64,000 bases of DNA from Scyliorhinus canicula. Taxonomy: Eukaryota. Location of the stretch: the NCBI RefSeq assembly GCF_902713615.1, contig NC_052146.1:310016335-310080334 (forward strand), written 5' to 3'. The translations under genes were made by a program, and so were the position numbers. The notes beneath the pieces were generated by a model. It searched no databases. It had not been told where the DNA came from and worked only from the letters and a program-made list of their open reading frames with translations. This document shows, piece after piece, positions 24,752 through 36,550 of the stretch (the first letter of the stretch is position 1; the number at the start of each line of letters is the position of its first letter).

Positions 24752-26059
24752 ACCTTTGGGGGGTATTTGTGTTGGTAGTTGATAAGATGTTCAATGTGTG
24801 TTTATAAAATGTTAACTGTATTCAGAGAATAAACATTATTTTGTTTAAAAATATGTAAGCTCTCTGTTGCATCACACCTATAGATTGGGCCCATGTGTTC
24901 CCCATATCCAAAATCTATTAAAAGTTGTAGGTCAGGTGAACTCAATGATATACTTTGGTGTTCCCTAAACCCTGGTGCATTACACAATAAAAACACTCCA
25001 TCAAGCCAGTAAAGAGCAGAGACAAGCAACCGCTGAGAGACCTCAGGCCAAGTGTGATTGCTGCTCAATAAAACAGGCAAGCCTGACTTTGCAGACCAGT
25101 TTAAATAAGGTGGTTTTCCGACCACTTCAAGCCTCGTGGCTTCTTTAAAAAAACCTTCAGAGTCGATATTGTGGTGATATCATGGTTGTGTTGTAATTCA
25201 CCGATTGACCACTAGGAGTCTCATTAGTGTATAAGTGAATGTTAGAGTCAGGTGACCTCAGACTGACTGGAAGCTGGAAGAGCGAGTTTGCTTGTTCATG
25301 ATCAGAATGTTATTCATTTGTTTTGTATATAGTGACCCAGAATTAATGTTAATAAATCGTTTGTAGCTTTAGGTCCAAGTGACCTTGACATATAATCAGG
25401 CCATCTGACAAGAACATTACAGATATTTTACTTTAATTGGATAAACTTCCCATGTACACGCAAACATTTCAACCTGCAAATTCAGAGGAGGCCACTCAGC
25501 CCCTCGAGCCTGTTCCACCATTCAATAATATCAATAATAATAGGAACTTCAGAGAGTCATGAATACCGCCCAGTCAATCACACAAACCTGCCTCCCATCC
25601 ATCGATTCCATCTACACCTCCCGCTGCCTGGGGGAAAGCAGGCAGCATAATCAAGGATCCCTCCCACCCTGCTTACTCACTTTTCCAACTTCTTCCATCG
25701 GGCAGGAGGTACAGAAGTCGGAGAACACGCACGAACAGACTCAAAAACAACTTCTTCCCCACTGTCACCAGACTCCTAAATGACCCTCTTATTGACTGAC
25801 CTCATTAACACTACACCCTGTATGCTTCAACCGATGCCAATGCTTATGTAGTTACATTGTATATCTTGTGTTGCCCTATTATGTATTCTCATGTATTTTC
25901 TTGAATTGTTTAATTCCCTTTTCTTCCATGTACTGAATGATCTGTTGAGCTGCTTGCAGAAAAATACTTTTCACTGTACCTCGGTACACGTGACAATAAA
26001 CAAATCCAATCCAATCCAATCCAATCCAATATCATGGCTGATCCGATCGTAACCTCGAC

Positions 26060-26250
26060 TGCACATTTCTGCCGACCCCCGATAACCTTTCTCCTACAGA
26101 CTCCGATAACCTTTCTCCTGACGACCCCTGATAACTTTTCTCCTACAGACCCCTGATGACCTTTCTCCTGCTGACCCCTGATAACCTTTAACCTCCCGAC
26201 GCCGATAACCATTCAAGTGTCGACCCCGATAACCTTTCTCCTGCCAAACC
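26060..26250. repeat. 25-bp minisatellite, short allele (about 7 units)
   Basis: CTGCCGACCCCCGATAACCTTTCTC-type units; paralogue of 32900-33360. Confidence 0.8.
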
Positions 26251-27561
26251 CCGATCACCTTTCCCACAATTCCTCTCCACATCCACCCTGTCAAGACCGC
26301 TCTGGATCTGAAAGGTTTCGATTGAGTCGCCTCTCACTCTTACTCCAGTCGATACAAAACCAACCTCTCCAACCTTTCCTCATAAGACAACCCGCTCATT
26401 CCTGGTATTAGTCTAGTAAACCTTCACTCAACTGGTTCAAACACATTTACATCTTTCCTTCAATAAGGAGACCAACACTGTACACAATACTCCAGATGTG
26501 GTCTCACCAATGCCCTGTACAACTGAATCATAACCTCCCTACTTTTGTAATCAATTCCCCCTCACAGTAAACAGTAATATTCTATTAACTTCCCTAATTA
26601 CAGGGCAGCACGGTGGCCAAGTGGTTAGCACAACCGCCTCACGGCGCTGAGGTCCCAGGTTCGATCCCGGCTCTGGGTCACTGTCTGTGTGGAGTTTGCA
26701 CATTTTCCCCGTGTCTGCGTGGGTTTCGCCCCCACAACCCAAAAATGTGCAGAGTCGGTGGATTGGCCACGCTAAATTGCCCCTTAATTGGAAAAAATAA
26801 TTGGGTAATCTAAATTTATCAAAAAAAAACTTCCCTAATTACTTGCTGTGTCTGTACACTACCAGCATTTTGTGATTCATGCACTAGGACACCCAGATCC
26901 CTCTGTAACTCAGAGCTCTGCAATCTCTCACTATTTAGATAATAAGCTTCTTTTTTATTCTACCTGTCAAAATGAAGAATTTCACATTTGCCCACATTGT
27001 GCTCCATTTGCTGGATCTTTGTCCAGTCACTGAATCTATCTCTGTCTCTGTGTAGTTTCCTTATGTCCTGGTTCTGTGACAATATCCTGGCAGTGCTCGT
27101 TTGAGGGTTTGTCCATTCATTAATTCTGTTAATTGTTCATTTGATACTGAAAAGAATACAAGAGGAGAGTGATGGGACACTGGAGTGGGTGAGGGGGAGG
27201 CAGACCTGTGCAATGTTGCATTCTGTAAATGAATCCGGTATTGAATAAAAGATTGGCGTCCGATTCTCTATTTCAGCATCAGCCGTCACAATCAGTGAAC
27301 ATTCCCTCATTCTGGAATTCTGTCCAATTCCATCGCCATCAACTCAAACTTTTCACACATACCCGATCTTTTTCTATGAAAATTAAAAATAAATTAGTTT
27401 CCAAAACTAAAGCTGCAGCCAACGTGAGAATAAAGGATAATTTCAGCTCCTCTGAGGAGTTTGTCCAGATTGTAACTCTGTTCTTAATGACGGGGAAACT
27501 CCCAGACTCCATCTCCAGCCTGCACAGAGTGAGCTGATCCCAGATGGAATGACAGTCGGGG

Positions 27562-27572
27562 CTACAGTTGGT
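27562..27572 (-). CDS. Terminal coding exon of the V(J)-TM-ITAM receptor (-D-Q-L-stop)
   Basis: ttttcctttcatatccactcggtgttcag|AC CAA CTG TAG; phase 1 matches the preceding exon end (AAA G|). Confidence 0.6.
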
Positions 27573-28004
27573 CTGAACACCGAGTGGATATGAAAGGAAA
27601 ATTGTTCAGTATTCCCACTCCATACACTGGGAATCATGGCTGGAAATGTGTGTGTACATGTTATTGAATATCTGTGTGTAAGTATATGTGAACGTGTACA
27701 CGTGTCTGTGTGTCTGTGTACATTTGGGAATGTGTGTCTGTTTGTAGATATTTTGGTCTATCTTTGTACCAGTGAAGGTGTGTGTGTATTGTTTATATGT
27801 TACACACAGTATTAAATGTATTACCACACGGGGCTAATAATGGTCCATTCCACACTGGATTCCCTGCTCTCTATCGATTCTCTGCAGTGTTGCTGAAATG
27901 GGTCCATTTTGAGTCAGGCTTTCCCACAGTTTCACCATTTATACAACAAGTGACATAATTCACCTGCTTTCCCTGACCCTCTGTTCAGTGTGATAGAAAC
28001 ATAC

Positions 28005-28047
28005 CTTTAATCTCACTGTACACAGACGAAGTTGGCTGCTGTAATGC
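28005..28047 (-). CDS. Cytoplasmic exon, ALQQPTSSVYSEIK (second half of ITAM)
   Basis: tctctattttccctcag|GCA TTA CAG CAG CCA ACT TCG TCT GTG TAC AGT GAG ATT AAA G|gtatgt; 43 nt, phase 0-1; single copy in the window. Confidence 0.85.
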
Positions 28048-29168
28048 CTGAGGGAAAATAGAGACATGTTAGAAATTGTGATTGTGTAACACGTGCACAA
28101 GGAGAGGCACATTTGGAAATGTTCTACATTCTAATGATAGCTGCTTATGGGAAAAAGGGATTTATTTTACTTCGTGTCGATCGATGAGAGGAGCTTCCCT
28201 AATTGCTACGTTTTGACGTGTGGGCTGGGGAGAGGGGGCGATGGTCTGAGGCTGGGATTGGACAGTGTTGGAGATTGGAAAGTGGAGATAGTAATTCATA
28301 GAATCAAAGAATCTTAGAATTTACAGTGTGGAAGGAGGCCATTCGGCCCATCGAGTCTGCACCGGCCCTTGGAAAGGGCACCCTACCCAAGCCCACACAT
28401 TGACCCTAATCCCAAGAGCCAATAACCGCAAGCAAACTTTTTGGACACTGAGGGTAATTTAGCTTGGCCAATCCACCTAACCTGGACTGTGGGAGGAAAC
28501 CGCAGCTCCCGGAGGAAACCCACACACAAATGGGGAGAACATGCAGACTCCACACAGACAGTGACCCAAGCCAGGAATCTAACCTGGGACCCTGGAGCTG
28601 TGAAGCAACTGTGCTAACCACTATGCTACAGTGCTGCCTTTAAAGAGCACCCTACCTATACCCATACCTCCACCCTATCCCCACACCTCCACCCTACCCT
28701 GTAACCCCACCGAACCGTCTTTTGCCACGAAGGGCAATTTAGCATTCCCAATCCACCTCACCTGCACATCTTTAGATAGTGGGAGGAAACCGGAGCACCC
28801 GGAGAAATCCCATGCAGGCACAGGGAGAATGTGCAGACTCCGCTCAGTGACCCAAGCTGGGAATCGAACCTGGAACCCTGGAGCTGTGAAGCAACTGGGC
28901 TAACCACTGTGCTACCGTGCTGCCAACCTGACACAGTGAGCCTCTGACATGAGAATTGAGCAGCAAGATCCCGGTGATCCAGTTGGGAAGCCAGCATGGT
29001 TGGCACGTTGCTTAGTCACTGAGCCCAATCCCATTGGTTGTGATTGGTGGGTGGACCCATCAATACAATAATTGGGACCAATCAGATCCCAGAAATAGGA
29101 AACTTTGAACCTGTGGTGAATGTTGATCACCAGACATATGCCTGTTTGTTGTCGTGAGAGATATTTAC

Positions 29169-29210
29169 CGTGTACGTTGGGTCAGAATCTGCTGGAGAAT
29201 CTTTCAAATT
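29169..29210 (-). CDS. Cytoplasmic exon, NLKDSPADSDPTYT (first half of ITAM)
   Basis: tttgtttcag|AAT TTG AAA GAT TCT CCA GCA GAT TCT GAC CCA ACG TAC ACG|gtaaat; 42 nt, phase 0-0. Confidence 0.85.
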
Positions 29211-30918
29211 CTGAAACAAAATGTAAACAGTGAAGATTGGGTTTAGTAACTGTTGTGAAAATGAGAGTTTACTAAAACCTGATTATAATGTATCAGGAAT
29301 TATAGTCTGGAAAGGTTTATATTTCCATGACGGTGCCCGATTTCTGACACAGGTGAATTCAGCAGGAGGTAAAGTACATTACACGCAGAATCTTTCACAC
29401 AATCTTTCCAGTGCAGAAAGAGGCCCCTCGGCCCATCAGGTCTGTACTGGCCCTCTGGAAGAACATTAGACTGAGACCCACACCCCTGCCTTATCCCCGG
29501 AACCTTGCACATTCTCACTTTCCAGATAACAATCCAATTCCCTTTTGAATATCTCGATTTCACCTCCCTCCACCACCCTCACAGGAAGTTCATTCAACCT
29601 CTGGCTCACTTCTTCTCCTTTTGCTCATTATTGTGAATGTGTGCCCTCGAGTTCTTGATGTACGTTTGAGTGGGAACAGTTTCTCCTGCACAAAATATTT
29701 GCCGATGATACAAAGTTGGGTGGGAGGGTGAGCTGTGAGGAGGATGCAGAGATGCTTCAGCAGGATTTGGACAGGCTGAGTGAGTGGGCACATGCATGGC
29801 AGATGCAGTATACTGTGGATAAATGTGAGGCTATCCACTTCAGTAACAAAAATAGGAAGTCAAATATAATTTGAGTGGATATAAATTGGGAGAGGTGGAT
29901 AATCAGCGAGACCTGGGTGTCCTCATGCATCAGTCGCTGAAAGTAAGTGCGCAGGTACAGCCGGCAGTAAAGAAGGCAAATGGTCGGCTGGCCTTCATAG
30001 CGAGAGGATTTAAATACAGGAATAGAGATGTTTTACTGGAATTGTATGGGGAATTGGTGAGGCCACACCTGGAGTATTGTCTGCAGTTTTGATGTCCTTA
30101 TCTGAGGAAAGATGTTCTTGTGGGTATAGAAATCAGGGAGAAGGAGTGTAATAGAATTGAAGAGATTCACAGAGGCAGAGAGGAGGTTCTGAGTGGTCTG
30201 GCAGGCTCTAAAGTAGATAAATCTCCAGGTAGAAGGACTTTGATGAATGTAGAAGGCACTTACAAGAGAGGGATCTTGGTAAATAGCAGGACCCTGGGAA
30301 GCACCGAGTTTCAGAGGCATTTTGGAGTGCATGTACACCCATCCCTTAATGTAGTAGTGTAGGTGGATACAGTGGTTAAGAAGGCTTCTGGTGTACTTGC
30401 CTTCATTGTCACAATATGTGGATTTTGTAATGAACATAAAGGGCATAAAGGGCAGGAGGTTTTTACCCAGAGGGTGGTGGGAGTTTGGAATTTGCTGCCT
30501 GAATGGGTGGTGGAGGCAGAGACCCTCAGAACATTGAAGAAGTATTTAAATGTACATTAGAATGCCAGGGCAGACAAGGCTCTGGGCCACGTGCTGGGAA
30601 ATGGCTTTGGAATAGTTCGGTGTATTTGACCAGCTGAGATGTGATGGGCCGAAGGGCCTTTTCTGTGCTGCATGAATCTCTGAGCAACAATTCCTGATGG
30701 AGCGAGGGACACACACATCCCAAGAAAGATTGAAATGAATCTGGAGCTATGTCACTGAGTGATGGTCCAATCACATGGATTGTATTCATTGAGAAAATGC
30801 AATGTTGGTGTGTGCAGAAGAAATGGATCTGAAATCACAAACTGACATTGACACCAGCTCCCCCGGTGGGCCCTTTGCTGTTACACAAAGACAGACAGTA
30901 AGAAACAGCCAATCTCAC

Positions 30919-30992
30919 CCATCGGGATCCTGTCCAACGAGGGTTTCTGTCACCTGCAGCCTGGCTCTGATCACCAGCTCTCCCTGATGAAG
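30919..30992 (-). CDS. Cytoplasmic exon, (A)SSGRAGDQSQAAGDRNPRWTGSRW
   Basis: atttatttcacag|...|gtgaga; 74 nt, phase 1-0, exactly bridging the phase-1 TM exon to the phase-0 ITAM exon. Confidence 0.75.
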
Positions 30993-32899
30993 CTGTGAAA
31001 TAAATGGTCAAAATCACCATGAAACCAGTGTTATATTGTTGACAACATTACCCTGAATGTTAAACACTTCTGAAAGCAAAGGTTAGAAAAATGATTGGAA
31101 CATCAGCCTGATGGGAACAGGAGGAGGCCATTCTGCCCCTTCTGCCCATTCCACCCATTTAATGAGATCATGGTTTATCTGTCACCTAACTCCATATCTC
31201 TGACTATTCACCACATCCATTGGATCACAGAAATCTCTGAGGCACGATCTAACGGAAAGTTTCTCAGTGTGATTTGTGGTGGGTTTTGGTGGGAGTTTCT
31301 CCCTGGCTCTGTCAGTGAGTTCCCCACCGCTATCTAACCCACGGTTAGGGTGGGATTTACCGGCTGGTCACACCGCCGGGATATTCCAGTCCCACGCCGA
31401 GGAATGGGTTTCCCGGTGACGAGGGCGGCACCCAACCCTTCAGACCCCCCCCCCCCCACCCACCCACCATCCTCCTTTCATGGGCATGGCCCCCCGCAGC
31501 CCCTGACCCTGGGCAGTGCCACCCAGGCACCCGGCCACCCTGGGAGTGCTCCTGCCGGCTTGGCAGTGCCACCCGGCACCTTGGCAGTGCCAGCTTGGCA
31601 GAGCTGAGGTCCCAGCCAGTCAGTGCCAAGGTGCCCACATTCCAGGGGAGGGCCAGGGGGCCACCCTGCTCTATTCCTGGCAACCCAGGGGCCCCCGGCG
31701 GCCCTGGGAGATCCCCCGGGTGCCATTCAGCCTGGTCCATGTTTGTGTGGCCCAGTACTGAGCGGTGCCGGCTGAGGGCTCCCTGGGGAGGCCGGAACAT
31801 CCTGGGAGGCGGGTAGATTGTGGGTAAGCACGCTTCAATAGGTTTATAACCAACTGGAGCATGGTCTGGTCCCGCCCATTGTGGGCCGGATTCTGCTCAC
31901 CCCTCCTCACGGGAATTGGGTAGATCCCGGGAGGCATCGTGGCTGCCGGGAAGCCTGAGGAAGGCCTCACCCAGCCCCTCCCGGCCACCTCGCGCTCCCG
32001 ATCGGGCCCATCTTGGCCGGTCGATCACACCCTTCATCTCAGATTTAAAGTTAATAATTGATCTCCCATCAATGACCATTTGTGGAAGTGAGTTCCAAAC
32101 TTCACCCTTGGTGAAGAGATGTTTCCCAATTTCCCTCCTGAAAAATTTGGCTCTGCATTTTACACGATGGACGGAATTTATTTGCGGTGACAGGGGTCCT
32201 GCACGCCTGTTGGAGAACTGATAGAAACACTTGTTGCCTTTCAATGGGAGGCCCACTACATTTACCAGGCAAGCAGGCACCTACCTGGACACCTCGGGCC
32301 TCCCCTCAGATTAAGCCCCCAGCACAGCAGAGATTCCCGCCCCAAAAGCAGCCGCCCAATCAGAGGCTGTCCCCTCTGCAGCAGCGCTTCCAGAAGGAGT
32401 GGCTGCTGACACTAGGCCCTCACCAGGAATCATCACTGGATCCCTGGAGACAGAGGCCAGTGGGTTGGGATGGGGGTCACAGGGAGAGGGGTCACTGGTA
32501 AGGATTGGAGTGGATCAGCTGCAAGGTGATAGCTTTCAGTCGGCCTCTCCTTCCCAATATAAGTTGGTTCAAAGACTCCCAGGTGGCCTATAATTGCTGG
32601 GCCCTCGAGGATTCCGTATTTCATGTTCTTTTGGCCGTGTGAGGCTGAGATCCTGTTTCATTATTTGAGGGGCTTCTGCTCAAGTATTATTCCCACATCA
32701 GCCCCACCCTCCCTGTCCAGGGGCTGCAATGCATCATGACAACTCTTCTCCCCCACCTTCAGAATAGATATTTTACTTTAATTGGATAAACTTCCCATGT
32801 ACACACAAATATTTCAACCTGCAAATTCAGAGGAGGCCACTCAGCCCCTCGAGCCTGCTCCAATATTCAATAATATCATGGCTGATCCGATCGTAACCT

Positions 32900-33360
32900 C
32901 AACCGCACATTCCTGCCGACCCCCGATAACCTTTCACCTGCCGACCCCCGATAACATTTCTCCTGCCGACCCCCGATAACCTTTCTCCTGCTGACCCTGA
33001 TAACCTTTCTCCTCCCGACCCCCGATAACATTTCTCCTGCCGACCCCCGATAACCTTTCACCTGCCGACCCCCGATAACCTTTCTCCTGCCGACCCCCGA
33101 TAACCTTTCCACTGCCGACCCCCGATAACCTTTCTCCTGCTGACCCCCAAAAATCTTTCTCCTGCCGACCCCAGATAACCATTCTCCTGCCGACCCCTGA
33201 TAACCTTTCCCCTGCCGACCCCGATAACCTTTCTCCTGCCGACCCCCGATAACCTTTCTCCTGCCGACCCCCGATAACCTTTCTCCTGCTGACCCCCAAT
33301 AACCATTCTCCTGCTGACCCCCGATAACCTTTCTCCTGCTGACCCCCGATAACCTTTCAC
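32900..33360. repeat. 25-bp minisatellite (about 17 units) from a CR1 ORF2 3' segment
   Basis: Unit CTGCCGACCCCCGATAACCTTTCTC; minus strand reads KGYRGSAG, continuous with the flanking CR1 remnant. Confidence 0.9.
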
Positions 33361-34043
33361 CCTCTTGTTAATGAAGAATCTCTCTCGTTCTGCCTTAAAA
33401 ATATTCACAGATTCTGCTTCCTCTGCCTTTTGAGGAAGAGAGTTCCAGAGACTCACCATCCTCTGAGTGAAACATTTCTTCTCATCTCTCTCTTAAATTG
33501 CCAACCCTTTATGTTTAAACCATAACACATAGTTCTGGATTTTCCCACAATTCCTCTACACATCCGCCCTGTCAAGACCGCTCTGGATCTGAAAGGTTTC
33601 GATTGAGTCGCCTCTCACTCTTACTCCAGTCGATACAAACCCAACCTCTCCAACCTTTCCTCATAAGACAACCCGCTCATTCCTGGGATTAGTCTAGTAA
33701 ACCTTCACTCAACTGGTTCCAACACATTTACATCTTTCCTTCAATAAGGAGACCAACACTGTACACAATACTCCAGATGTGGTCTCACCAATGCCCTGTA
33801 CAACTGAATCATAACCTCCCTACTTTTGTAATCAATTCCCCCTCACAGTAAACAGTAACATTCTATTAACTTCCCTAATTACTTGCTGTGTCTGTACACT
33901 ACCAGCATTTTGTGATTCATGCACTAGGACACCCAGATCCCTCTGTAACTCAGAGCTCTGCAATCTCTCACCATTTAGATAATAAGCTTCTTTTTTATAT
34001 TTCCTTATATATTATCCTGTCAGTGCTCGTTTGAGGGTTTGAC

Positions 34044-34076
34044 CATTCATTAATTCTGTTAATTGTTCATTTGATG
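34044..34076 (-). CDS. Possible 33-nt cytoplasmic exon, (A)SNEQLTELMN
   Basis: Strong acceptor ctctcctcttgtattcttttcag|; weak donor gtcaaa; phase 1-1, so optional. The paralogue near 27114-27146 has GA instead of GT. Confidence 0.35.
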
Positions 34077-34301
34077 CTGAAAAGAATACAAGAGGAGAGT
34101 GATGGGACACTGGAGTGGGTGAGGGGTGAGGCAGACCTGTGCAATGTTGCATTCTGTAAATGAATCCGGTATTGAATAAAAGATTGGTGTCCGATTCTCT
34201 ATTTCAGCATCAGCCTTCACAATCAGTTAACATTCCCTCATTCTGGAATTCTGTCCAATTTCATCACCATCAACTCAAACGGAATGAATTTTCACACATA
34301 C

Positions 34302-34418
34302 CGGATCGTTTTCTGAGACAAATTGTCACTAAAATTCCTCCAATAAGCACAGGCACAGCAGCCAGAATGACATAGACAGGTATCAGCATCGAAACTTGAT
34401 CAGCTTGTGTTTCATTAA
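34302..34418 (-). CDS. Transmembrane exon, (I)NETQADQVSMLIPVYVILAAVPVLIGGILVTICLRKRS
   Basis: tgatttcctttcacag|TT AAT GAA...CGA TCC G|gtatgt; 117 nt, phase 1-1; 24-residue uncharged hydrophobic span followed by RKRS. Confidence 0.9.
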
Positions 34419-34779
34419 CTGTGAAAGGAAATCACATGTTTCAGCCCAAAGGAAACAAATAGAACTTGCATTTAAAGAGGATCTGGGACACAATAACCTA
34501 TCCCGAGGGGATTCACAATCCTGATACACAGCAAGATATGGAGCAACAGGGGGAGATGGTCAAAGGAATGGGTTTCAAGGGGAATGTTAAAGGAGGAACG
34601 AGAGGGGGAGAGGTTTCGGGAAGCAATTCCAGAACTTTAGGATCCAGGCAGCTGAGGGCACGACTGCCAATGTTGGAGCGATTAATATTGGGAATGGGGC
34701 AAGTGATCAGAATGGCAGCAGCTCAGAGATCAGAGGGTTATGGGGTTGGGGGAGATTGCAGAGATAGGGAGGAGTTAGG

Positions 34780-35290
34780 ACGTGTAGGATGTGGGGCTGG
34801 TGGAGATTACAGAGATAGGGATGGGTGGGGACATGGAGGATGTGGGGCTGAGGGAGGTTACAGAGATAGGGAGGGGTGAGGACATGGAGGATGTGGGGCT
34901 GGAGGAGATTACAGAGATAGGGAGGGGTGAGGAGTGGACTATGTGGGGCTGAGGGAGGTTACAGAGATAGGGAGGGATGACGACGTGGAGGATGTGGGGC
35001 TGGAGGAGATTACAGAGATAGGGAGGGATGACGACGTGGAGGATGTGGGGCTGGAGGAGTTACAGAGATAGGGAGGGGTGAGGAGTGGACTATGTGGGGC
35101 TGAGGGAGGATACAGAGATAGGGAGGGATGACGATGTGGAGGATGTGGGGCTGGAGGAGATTACAGAGATAGGGAGGGATGACGACGTGGAGGATGTGGG
35201 GCTGGAGGAGTTACAGAGATAGGGAGGGGTGAGGAGTGCACTATGTGGGGCTGAGGGAGGTTACAGAGATAGGGAGGGGTGGGGATATGG
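34780..35290 (+). repeat. About 50-bp purine-rich tandem repeat (continues degenerately at 35650-35860)
   Basis: ATGTGGGGCTGGAGGAGATTACAGAGATAGGGAGGGGTGAGGA... units, about 10 copies. Confidence 0.85.
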
Positions 35291-35297
35291 AGGAGGT

Positions 35298-35643
35298 GGG
35301 CAGCATGGTAGCATAGTAGTTAGCACAATTGCTTCACAGCCTCAGGGTCCCAGGTTTGATTCCCCGCTGGGTCACTGTCTGTGCGGAGTCTGCACGTTTT
35401 CCCCGTGTGTGCGTGGGTTTCCTCCGGGTGCTCCGTTTTCCTCCCACAGTCCAAAGATGTGCAGGTTACGTGGATTGGCCATGCTAAATTGCCCTTAGTG
35501 TCCAAAATTGCCCTTAGTTGTGGGTGGGGTTACTGGGTTATAGGGATAGGGTGGAGATGTGAGCATGGGTAGGGTGCTCTTTCCAAGAGCCGGTGCAGAC
35601 CCGATGGGCCAAATGGTCTCCTTCTGTACTGTAAATTCTATGA
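35298..35643 (+). mobile_element. HE1/V-type SINE inserted in the purine-rich repeat
   Basis: GGGCAGCATGGTAGC head, conserved core, tail CTTCTGTACTGTAAATTCTATG. Confidence 0.85.
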
Positions 35644-36345
35644 AAAAAAATCTATGTGGGGTTGGAGGAGATGACAGAGATAAGGAGGGGTGAGGACATG
35701 GAGGACGTGGGGCTGGAGGAGATTACAGAGATGGGGAGGGGTGAGGACATGGAGGATTTGGGGCTGGGAGAGGTTATAAAGGCAGGGAGGGGTGAGGACG
35801 TGGGGCTGGAGGAGGTTACAGAGATAGCGAGGGGTGAGGATGTGGAGGATATGGGGTTGGAGGAGAATATGGGGTTGAAGGATGAATACATAATTTGCAA
35901 CAAATAACTGTCGCTGTCAAAATCTTGGAAGTCCCTCCCTAACAGCACTGTGGGTGTACCTACACCATTAGGCCTGCAGCAGTTCGAGAAGTCAGCTCAG
36001 CACCACCTTCTCCAGGGCAATTAGGGATGGCACATTGCCAATAATGCCCACCAAATATGAATATGAAACAAACAGCTCGAGGCACCACATTGATAAAAAC
36101 CTGAGTAAACAAAGGAGAGGGAGAAAGATAGAAACAAAGAGATGGAGAGAAACAGAGAAACATCAATGTATTTAAGATATGGAAGACAGAATCTCTCTGT
36201 GAGTAAGACCACATGAGTTCACACAGTCGATTTTCTAATGTGTTCTCTTTACCATCGGGGATTGTGATATTTATCATTTACATACCTCCGATACAGTCAT
36301 GAGTAAGTGGTGATTACTTCAGGATATTGTTATGGAAACTGTACT

Positions 36346-36550
36346 TATTGGTTACATTCAGCTGTGATCCATTCCCACTGATATCTCCCCACACTGAGCA
36401 GTAATAGACGGCAGTGTCACTGGGCTGCACGTTGCTGATTGTCAGGATGAAGGTTTTATTGGCCGTGTCTCGGGAAGGATGGAAACGCTCAGTGAAACCC
36501 GGACTCCGTTGTGTGTTGTTCTTTATATCATGTGTTAAAACCCTCTCGAT
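36346..36550 (-). pseudogene. Third V(J) exon, 3' half only (IERVLTHDIKNNTQRSPGFTERFHPSRDTANKTFILTISNVQPSDTAVYYCSVWGDISGNGSQLNVT)
   Basis: Homologous to 43326-43670. Donor is ATAAGT instead of GTAAGT; the 5' half is replaced by a Harbinger element from 36551. Confidence 0.9.

Noticed and set aside
27380-27572. Hydrophobic reading EELKLSFILTLAAALVLETNLFLI (also ORF 11431-11661) as a second TM exon
   Set aside because: In the phase required by the upstream exon the sequence stops after DQL. The hydrophobic frame contains E/T/N and is out of phase with the RKRS-like end; it is better explained as AT-rich 3' UTR plus a duplication junction.
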